Shown here: in pieces, positions 18,606-25,076 of the stretch | Layout: the number at the start of each line of letters is the position of its first letter | Position numbering within the stretch: position 1 is the stretch's first letter | Assembly: GCA_026983855.1 (NCBI GenBank) | Contig: JALSTE010000019.1 | Location: 1 to 25,076, forward strand | DNA: 25,076 bases | Source: Acidimicrobiia bacterium | GTDB taxonomy: Bacteria; Actinomycetota; Acidimicrobiia; Acidimicrobiales; Poriferisodalaceae | Direction: 5' to 3' | Translations under genes and position numbers: made by a program | Notes under the pieces: generated by a model | What the model saw: the letters and a program-made list of their open reading frames with translations, nothing else | Database searches by the model: none | Told to the model about the DNA's origin: nothing

Positions 18606-19147
18606 GGGCCCTGCGTCTGGCGGCGCGTCTGCTGGTGGGTCTGGCCCTCGCGGCATTCGGGCTGGCTCTGGTTCTGGAGGCCACCGGAACCCTGGACAGG
18701 GGCTGGCGTCTGGATCTGGCCACCGTCTTGTGCCGAGTGGCCGCTCCTGGTCTGGACATGTGGGTACTGGGGTTGGTCTCACCGGTGCTGGCGTTGATCG
18801 GTCTGATGGTTCTGCTGTCCCAACTGCTTCCTTCCCCGAGTGGAAACCGACGGATCTACGAGGTCGCTGTCGGGGAGGACGGCCGAACCCTGCTCTCGGG
18901 ACGAGTGGCCAGGGCGGCGATCGAACACGAGGTATCCCTCATCCCTGGAATCAGGTCGATCTCAGCTCAGATGGGTAGACGCGCCGTTCTACTGCGAGTG
19001 GAAACCGGTGAGGAGGCGAATCCCACTGAGATCGCATCCGAGGTCGAGCTACGTCTGGGAGCTGAGTTCTGGTCCAGGTTGGGGATGGAGCCCCTGTTCC
19101 TGAGGATCCTGATGGTCTACGCGGTAGAGCCGCTCAAGTTGAGGTAG
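18602..19147 (+). CDS. AmaP-like membrane anchor (alkaline shock response)
   Basis: 181 aa from GTG 18602. Two TM segments followed by GRTLLSGRVARAAIEHEVSLIPGIRSISAQM. Operon context with Asp23 supports the call. Confidence 0.65.
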   Translation: MRALRLAARLLVGLALAAFGLALVLEATGTLDRGWRLDLATVLCRVAAPGLDMWVLGLVSPVLALIGLMVLLSQLLPSPSGNRRIYEVAVGEDGRTLLSGRVARAAIEHEVSLIPGIRSISAQMGRRAVLLRVETGEEANPTEIASEVELRLGAEFWSRLGMEPLFLRILMVYAVEPLKLR

Positions 19148-19154
19148 GTAAGGC

Positions 19155-19343
19155 ATGAGATCAGAACGAAAGGCGGTGGCCGGAGGGCTCATCGGTTCCA
19201 TGGTGGGTCTGGTGTGGGTCACCCTTGGTGGGTGGGCGGTGTTGGCCATGGTGTCATTGGGGATCCTGGGGGGATTGATCGGATGGATGCTGGACCGTCC
19301 GGAAACGGTCATCACCTGGTTGGAGCGTCTGAAGCAGGGGTGA
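19155..19343 (+). CDS. Small membrane protein, DUF2273-like
   Basis: 62 aa, GGLIGSMVGLVWVTLGGWAVLAMVSLGILGGLIGWMLD. DUF2273 is a usual neighbour of Asp23/AmaP. Confidence 0.7.
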   Translation: MRSERKAVAGGLIGSMVGLVWVTLGGWAVLAMVSLGILGGLIGWMLDRPETVITWLERLKQG

Positions 19344-19458
19344 GATCCCCGGCTCACCGGGCTCGGGATGTGAGGACCCACCTTCGTGGCCCAGTTCTCC
19401 GTCGTGTCATCGGTGACAGGGCCCGGCCGGGGCTTCAGGCGATACCTCCGAGGGTGGC

Positions 19459-20190
19459 TCAGCTCTGCTGTGGGTCGGGCTTCGACCGGACCACGAAGGG
19501 GTGGTCATGAAGTTCCGCGAAAGGGACGAAGAGATGGCCCTCCTCCACCTCGAGGACCACGTGGGTGGCGTGCATGGCTCTCAAGGTTCCCTCCCGTCCC
19601 GCCACCCTGACCACCGCACCCAGGCTCAACAATGGGCGAATCGAGCGGCCGGCCGCGATCTGAGCGGCCACGTGCCGACCTCCGAGCACCGAGAGCCCGC
19701 CCAGGGCGATGGTGAGCGTCGCGACGAGCCCGGAGGTCAGGAGATTGATGAGGGTGGTGTCGATACCGAGTTGTCCGAAGGCCAGAATGGCGGCGGCGGC
19801 GGGCACCGCGACCCTGACGACCTGCTCCAATCCGTGGTTCCGGTGGCCCGAGACCCTTTGGAGGGTTTGGCCCAGAGCGGCAGCGGCCGTGACACCCAGT
19901 GCATATCCACCGATCACGAGCAGTCCGGCCACCGCCAGGTTGGGGAGCCACTGGAGTAGGTCGCCGGGGATGTTCTCGAGACGATCGGGGCTTCCGACCC
20001 CAACGGCCAGGAGAACACCGGCAGCGAAGATCAGCCAGAAAACGAAGACACTCAGTGGGGAGGAGATCTCTCGTAGGGCGGTTCGGCGGTCGGGACGGTC
20101 CAGTCCCCGACGTATCACGAGTCCGAGCAGCGCTCCGACCACCAGGCCGGACAGCACCGCCACCGCAGCGAGGATCAGTTTCTCGTCCAT
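19459..20190 (-). CDS. Short MscS-family (CmpX-like) mechanosensitive channel protein
   Basis: Several TM helices, ...LGQLGIDTTLINLL...LGGRHVAAQIAAG, then the MscS beta-domain-like LGAVVRVAGREGTLRAMHATHVVLEVEEGHLFVPF. Start ATG 20190 or TTG 20193. Confidence 0.7.
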   Translation of the reverse strand: MDEKLILAAVAVLSGLVVGALLGLVIRRGLDRPDRRTALREISSPLSVFVFWLIFAAGVLLAVGVGSPDRLENIPGDLLQWLPNLAVAGLLVIGGYALGVTAAAALGQTLQRVSGHRNHGLEQVVRVAVPAAAAILAFGQLGIDTTLINLLTSGLVATLTIALGGLSVLGGRHVAAQIAAGRSIRPLLSLGAVVRVAGREGTLRAMHATHVVLEVEEGHLFVPFAELHDHPFVVRSKPDPQQS

Positions 20191-20243
20191 CAACCAATCA
20201 TCCCACCGGAGCTCGGCCCGCGGTACCGCAGATATCGAGCGCG

Positions 20244-20387
20244 TCAGTCGTCGCTGGACGAGGCGGCGTTCCTCAGTTCCTTCTGGGCCTCACCGAGGGA
20301 ACGGGCCAGCTTGGGGAGCCGGGACCCTCCGAAGAGCAACAGCACGACTACGAGGATGATGAGCAGTTCGGGGGCTCCGAGGTTCAT
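20244..20387 (-). CDS. tatA: Twin-arginine translocase TatA/TatE family subunit (47 aa)
   Basis: Not in the ORF track. Manual translation gives MNLGAPELLIILVVVLLLFGGSRLPKLARSLGEAQKELRNAASSSDD: TM helix, FG hinge and amphipathic helix. SD GGAG. Confidence 0.9.
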   Translation of the reverse strand: MNLGAPELLIILVVVLLLFGGSRLPKLARSLGEAQKELRNAASSSDD

Positions 20388-20648
20388 GGCTCCGTACTTT
20401 CGCTGGGGGTTGATTCGATGGACGTCCGATGACGGTCCGCAGCCACAGTCTGCCCCCGATCGGTGCGTCGGGCCCGTCAGCTCGGAAGCTGCGCTTGACT
20501 GGTCATCGGAAGGTTCGATCTCGTACCTGAGTAGACCATCGACACGGTGAAGTTCAGGTGAAGACCCGATCCGAGGTGGGTACGGGCCCCGGCCGGGTGT
20601 GGATCCACACGGTTGGGAATGAAGATCGCCCCGGTGGTGGGGGCCGGC

Positions 20649-21227
20649 TCAGCGGCCCATGGTGAAGAATTCGTCGTTGGGTCTCATGGAGGTGAGGTGC
20701 GCCATCCGATTGGAGAGGGCGAAGAACGAGGTGATGGCTCCGATGTCCCAGATGTCCTCGGGGCTGAATCCGTGACGGGCCAACTCGGCGTGATCCTCGG
20801 GGCCCACCTCGGCGGGCCGCAGGGCCAGTTTCACCGCGAAGCCGAGCATGGCCCGCTGGCGTTCGGTGACATCGGCCTTGGCCCAGTCGATGGCGATCTG
20901 GTCGGCTATGAGGGGGTCGCGGGCCCGGATCCGCAGGATCGCCCCGTGGGCCACCACGCAGTACATGCAGTCGTTGGCGGCGCTGGTGGCCACCACCACC
21001 ATCTCCTTCTCGGCCTTGGTGAGGCCGCTCTCGCGGTCCATGAGGGCGTCGTGCATGGCGAAGAAGGCCCGGAACTCGTCGGGACGGTGGGCCAGGACCA
21101 GGAACACGTTGGGCACGAAGCCGCTCTTTTCCTGAACGGCGATGATGAGGTCCCTGATGTCGTCGGGAAGGTCCTCCAGGTCCGGAACCGGGAAGCTGCT
21201 GACTGGGTGCTGGGACGGGTCTGACAT
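20649..21227 (-). CDS. Peroxidase-related AhpD/carboxymuconolactone decarboxylase-like protein
   Basis: 192 aa from MSDPSQHP (ATG 21227). EKSGFVPNVF, SGLTKAEKEMVVVATSAANDCMYCVVAHGA (CxxC...H) and SNRMA motifs. Confidence 0.9.
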   Translation of the reverse strand: MSDPSQHPVSSFPVPDLEDLPDDIRDLIIAVQEKSGFVPNVFLVLAHRPDEFRAFFAMHDALMDRESGLTKAEKEMVVVATSAANDCMYCVVAHGAILRIRARDPLIADQIAIDWAKADVTERQRAMLGFAVKLALRPAEVGPEDHAELARHGFSPEDIWDIGAITSFFALSNRMAHLTSMRPNDEFFTMGR

Positions 21228-21294
21228 GGGATCCTGCCTGGCTGTCGACGACGGGTCGGCGCGGGTCGAGGGTCCGCTGAACCAATGACACCGG

Positions 21295-22236
21295 GTGCAG
21301 CCGGTACCTTCGAGCCTCGTGCCGAGAAAGATTCTGGCCCAGATCGGGCGCGGGTTCGCCATGGGAGCGGCCGACATCGTCCCGGGGGTGAGTGGCGGGA
21401 CGGTCGCCCTGCTGTTCGGGATCTACGAATATCTGATCGAGCAGATTCGGGACGGTGCCGCCGCCCTGAGCCTGTTGGTCCGTGGTCGTCTCGCCGACGG
21501 ATGGGAGAGGATCCGTTCCATCGACTGGGTGTTCCTGGTGGCCCTCCTGGGGGGAATCGGTCTGGCGGTGGTCACCCTCGTGGGGTGGCTGAGGAACCAG
21601 ATCGAGACCAATCCGGTCATGGTCTCCGCCGTGTTCTTCGGTCTGGTGGCCGCCTCGGCCCGGGTCGCCTGGGGCGAGGTCAGGGAGAAGGACCGTCTGA
21701 GGGCGGTGGTTCTGGCCGCGTCGACGGTCGTGTCCTTCTTCGTCCTCGGTCTCCGATCGGGACCCGTGGACAATCCGCCCCTACCGGTGGTGTTCGCGGC
21801 CGGGGCCCTGGCCATCTGCGCCATGATCCTGCCCGGGGTGTCGGGTTCGTTCATCCTGCTGATGCTGGGTCTCTACGACCATGTGACGGCGGCCGTGGAC
21901 GACCGGAACCTGTCGGTGATCGCCACCTTCGGAGTGGGGGCGGTCGTCGGGCTGGCGTCGTTCTCAACCCTGCTCCACTGGCTCCTGCGCCACCACCGGG
22001 ACACGGTGCTGGCCGTGCTGGTGGGGGTTATGGCGGGCTCCCTGAGGGTGCTGTGGCCCTGGCCGGCGGGGGAGAAGGGGATCGACAACGTGGCTCTCGG
22101 GGTGCCGGTGGGAGGCGAGGTGATCGGGGCCCTGATCGGGGCCGTGGTGGCCGGGGTGATAGTGATGGTCGTGGCCGAGATGAGTCGTCGTCGGGCCCTG
22201 ACCGAGGCGGGCCTCCCCGTCGACGGGGTCGGATAG
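21295..22236 (+). CDS. DUF368 family membrane protein (predicted undecaprenyl-phosphate translocase/recycling)
   Basis: Two repeats of the family motif: MGAADIVPGVSGGT and CAMILPGVSGSFILLMLGLY. Highly hydrophobic. Confidence 0.9.
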   Translation: MQPVPSSLVPRKILAQIGRGFAMGAADIVPGVSGGTVALLFGIYEYLIEQIRDGAAALSLLVRGRLADGWERIRSIDWVFLVALLGGIGLAVVTLVGWLRNQIETNPVMVSAVFFGLVAASARVAWGEVREKDRLRAVVLAASTVVSFFVLGLRSGPVDNPPLPVVFAAGALAICAMILPGVSGSFILLMLGLYDHVTAAVDDRNLSVIATFGVGAVVGLASFSTLLHWLLRHHRDTVLAVLVGVMAGSLRVLWPWPAGEKGIDNVALGVPVGGEVIGALIGAVVAGVIVMVVAEMSRRRALTEAGLPVDGVG

Positions 22237-22395
22237 AGGCTGAAGTCCTGTACCGTCCGGCCGAGAAATACGAATCGGAGAACTCCGAATCGCGCCGGTC
22301 CGCCGCCCCATCGGTGAGACCGGACCGTGGTTCGCCCTCCATCCCGTCCGCCGCCCGCCACATCATGATCCAGAGCGATCCCCGGAGAGACCACC

Positions 22396-25076
22396 TTGGG
22401 TAAGCCACTTGTAATCGTCGAGTCCCCGGCCAAGGCCCGGACCATCGCGGGCTACCTCGGGAATGACTACATCGTCGAGTCCTCGGTCGGCCACATCAGG
22501 GACCTCCCCCGCTCGGCCGCCGATGTCCCCAAGACGTACAAGGGCGAGAGCTGGGCCCGGCTCGGTGTGGACACCGACAATGACTTCAAGCCCCTGTACG
22601 TGGTCACCGGTCGGGCCAAGGAACAGGTGCGCCGGTTGAAGGCACTTCTCAAGGAGGCCGACGAGCTCTACCTGGCCACCGATGAGGACCGCGAGGGGGA
22701 GGCGATCGCCTGGCACCTACAGGAGGTCCTCAGCCCGCGGGTACCGGTGAAGCGGATGGTGTTCCACGAGATCACGCCCCGGGCCATCCGGGACGCCATC
22801 GAGAATCCCCGGGATCTGGACCGTCGCCTCGTCGACGCCCAGGAGGCCCGTCGGATACTCGACCGGCTGTACGGCTACGAGGTCTCGCCGGTGCTGTGGA
22901 AGAAGGTCATGCCCAGGCTGTCCGCCGGGCGGGTGCAGAGCGTGGCCGTCCGCCTCATCGTCGAACGTGAACGTGAACGCATGGCGTTCGTCTCGGCGGA
23001 GTACTGGGGTGTCGAGGGCAGTTTCCGGCGTGGCTCCGACCGGCCCTTCGGTGCCTCCCTGGTGGCCCTGGATGGGGCCCGGCTGGCCACCGGCAAGGAC
23101 TTCGATCGCCGGGGACAGGCCCGCGACGGGGTGGTGGTCCTGGATCGTCCGGGGGCCACGGGACTGGTGGAGGACCTCCAGGGTCGTTCCCTCGAGGTGA
23201 GCTCGGTCGACTCCAAGCCCTACCGCCGTCGTCCCGCCGCTCCGTTCATGACGTCCACCCTCCAGCAGGAGGCCGGTAGGAAGCTGGGGTTCTCCTCATC
23301 GCGCACCATGAGAGCGGCCCAGAGGCTGTACGAGAGCGGCTACATCACCTACATGAGGACCGACAGCACGACACTGTCCGGTGAGGCCATCAGTGCCGCC
23401 CGCAAGCTGATCGCCGGTCGATTCGGATCGGAGAACATGCCCGATTCCCCCCGGCGGTACTCCCGCAAGGTGAAGAACGCCCAGGAGGCCCACGAGGCGA
23501 TCCGGCCCGCCGGGACCACCTGGAAGAGTCCTGATCAGGTGGCGGCGGAGGTGCAGGGCGACGCCGCCCGGGTCTACGACCTGATCTGGCGGCGCACGGT
23601 GGCCAGCCAGATGATCGACGCCACCGGCCGCACGGTGACCATTCGCCTGGTCGGCGACACCTCGGGGGGACACCGGGTTGAGTTCTCCACCAGCGGCACG
23701 GTCATAACCACCCCGGGGTTCCGCCTGGCCTACGTGGAGGGCGAGGATCAGTTCGACGGTGACAGTCAGCAACTTCCGGATCTGGCCGAGGGAGACCGGG
23801 TCGACATAGAGGGACTGGAGCCCAAGGGTCACGAGACGACGCCCCCCTCCCGCTACACCGAGGCCTCCCTGGTGAAGAAACTGGAGGAACTGGGCGTCGG
23901 CCGTCCCTCCACCTACGCCTCGATCATCGAGACCATCCAGGACCGCGGGTACGTGTGGAAGAAGGGTTCGGCCCTGGTGCCGGCCTTCACCGCCTTCGCC
24001 ACCGTCACCCTCCTCGAGCAGCATTTCCCCCACCTGGTCGACTATGCGTTCACCGCCGAGATGGAGGACGACCTGGATCAGATAGCCGCCGGGGACCGCG
24101 AGGCGGTGCCGTGGTTGAGGGACTTCTACTTCGGCCCTTCGGGTCCGGGGGAGGGCGAGGGGACCGGAAACGGCGACACCGATCACCGTGGCCTCAAGTA
24201 CATGGTCTCCGAGCAGCTCGGTGAGATCGACGCCCGCCAGATCAACTCCATTCCCATCGGGGTGGACGCTGAAGGCACACCGGTGGTGGTGAGGGTGGGA
24301 AGATACGGCCCCTACGTCCAGAGGGGTGACGACAAGGCCGGAATCCCCGACGACATCGCCCCCGATGAACTCACCATCGACCGGGCGGTGGAACTCCTCG
24401 AGGCCCCCTCGGGCGACAGGGTCCTCGGTGTCGATCCCGAGACCGGGGTGGAGGTGGTGGCCCGGGCCGGACGCTTCGGTCCCTACGTGACCCTCGGGAT
24501 GCCCTCGGACGACAACCCGAAGCCCAAGACGGCGTCGCTGTTCAAGGACATGGATCTCGAGACCGTCAGCCTCGAGGACGCCCTGAAGCTCCTGAGTCTC
24601 CCCCGGGTCGTGGGTAGCGACGACGAGGGGGTGGAGATCACGGTCCAGAACGGCCGCTACGGCCCCTACCTCAAGAGGGGCAAGGACACCCGGAGTCTCG
24701 AGAGCGAGGACCAGTTGTTCACCCTGGACCGGGAGGGGGCCCTGGCCCTGTTGGCCCAGCCCAAGCGGGGCCGGGGTGCCGTGGCCAAACCCCCGCTCAG
24801 GGAACTGGGCCCCGACCCGGTCAGCGGAGGTCAGATCCTGCTCAAGGACGGCCGATTCGGTCCCTACGTCACCGATGGGGAGGTCAACGCCTCACTCCGC
24901 AAGGACGACGACCCCGAGACGATCACCCCCGAGAGGGCGGCCGAGCTCATCCAGCTGCGTCGCGAGCGGGGCCCGGTCAAGAAGAAGGCCCGAAAGAAGA
25001 AGGCTCCGGCCAAGAAGAAGGCCACGGCGAAGAAGAGCGCGACCAAGAAGAAGGCCCCGGCGAAGAAGAGCGCGAC
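22396..25076 (+). CDS. topA: DNA topoisomerase I (type IA), actinobacterial type with C-terminal repeats and Lys/Ala-rich tail; no stop within the window
   Basis: Not in the ORF track. Starts at TTG 22396 (SD GGAGA): MGKPLVIVESPAKARTI. Also LATDEDREGE (TOPRIM), SAGRVQS, GYITYMRTDS (catalytic Tyr), GRPSTYASI, repeated GR(Y/F)GPY units and the tail KKKARKKKAPAKKKATAKKSATKKKAPAKKSA. Confidence 0.97.
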   Translation, partial: MGKPLVIVESPAKARTIAGYLGNDYIVESSVGHIRDLPRSAADVPKTYKGESWARLGVDTDNDFKPLYVVTGRAKEQVRRLKALLKEADELYLATDEDREGEAIAWHLQEVLSPRVPVKRMVFHEITPRAIRDAIENPRDLDRRLVDAQEARRILDRLYGYEVSPVLWKKVMPRLSAGRVQSVAVRLIVERERERMAFVSAEYWGVEGSFRRGSDRPFGASLVALDGARLATGKDFDRRGQARDGVVVLDRPGATGLVEDLQGRSLEVSSVDSKPYRRRPAAPFMTSTLQQEAGRKLGFSSSRTMRAAQRLYESGYITYMRTDSTTLSGEAISAARKLIAGRFGSENMPDSPRRYSRKVKNAQEAHEAIRPAGTTWKSPDQVAAEVQGDAARVYDLIWRRTVASQMIDATGRTVTIRLVGDTSGGHRVEFSTSGTVITTPGFRLAYVEGEDQFDGDSQQLPDLAEGDRVDIEGLEPKGHETTPPSRYTEASLVKKLEELGVGRPSTYASIIETIQDRGYVWKKGSALVPAFTAFATVTLLEQHFPHLVDYAFTAEMEDDLDQIAAGDREAVPWLRDFYFGPSGPGEGEGTGNGDTDHRGLKYMVSEQLGEIDARQINSIPIGVDAEGTPVVVRVGRYGPYVQRGDDKAGIPDDIAPDELTIDRAVELLEAPSGDRVLGVDPETGVEVVARAGRFGPYVTLGMPSDDNPKPKTASLFKDMDLETVSLEDALKLLSLPRVVGSDDEGVEITVQNGRYGPYLKRGKDTRSLESEDQLFTLDREGALALLAQPKRGRGAVAKPPLRELGPDPVSGGQILLKDGRFGPYVTDGEVNASLRKDDDPETITPERAAELIQLRRERGPVKKKARKKKAPAKKKATAKKSATKKKAPAKKSA

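Noticed and set aside
16295-20560. Prophage, ICE or defence island
   Set aside because: No integrase, att repeats, phage, conjugation, restriction-modification or toxin-antitoxin genes are recognisable. The content is stress and membrane related.
24975-25076. Lys/Ala-rich repeats (AAGAAGAAGGCC...) at the right edge
   Set aside because: This is the known lysine-rich C-terminal tail of actinobacterial TopA, not a separate repeat element.

Overview
A 25 kb stretch of a high-GC actinomycete chromosome (Acidimicrobiia-like; this is inferred from gene content and the TopA type). Gene order: sdhA (5' part, runs off the left edge) and sdhC (-); a GH2 glycoside hydrolase (-); an AAA+ ATPase / GNAT / VWA operon (+); nhaA (+); acyl-CoA dehydrogenase (-); hppA (+; its signature residues point to a K+-dependent Na+-pumping pyrophosphatase); an SDR (+); amtB (+) with GlnR-type boxes; an apparently lower-GC block (about 16.3-20.55 kb) carrying ECF sigma, a small coupled partner, Asp23, two AmaP/DUF6286-like membrane proteins and a DUF2273-like protein (+), converging on tatA and an MscS-like gene (-); an AhpD-like peroxidase-related gene (-); DUF368 (+); and topA (+, runs off the right edge). 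I found no tRNA, rRNA, CRISPR array, integrase or transposase. The strongest leads are (1) a self-contained ECF-controlled Asp23 envelope-stress module whose ECF gene and asp23 share the promoter-like motif GCGCGACC-N13-TGCGT, with a non-ZAS candidate anti-sigma, and (2) a compact structured hppA leader with mutually exclusive terminator/antiterminator pairings, a candidate riboswitch or attenuator. All family assignments come from recognising motifs by eye; no database searches were run.
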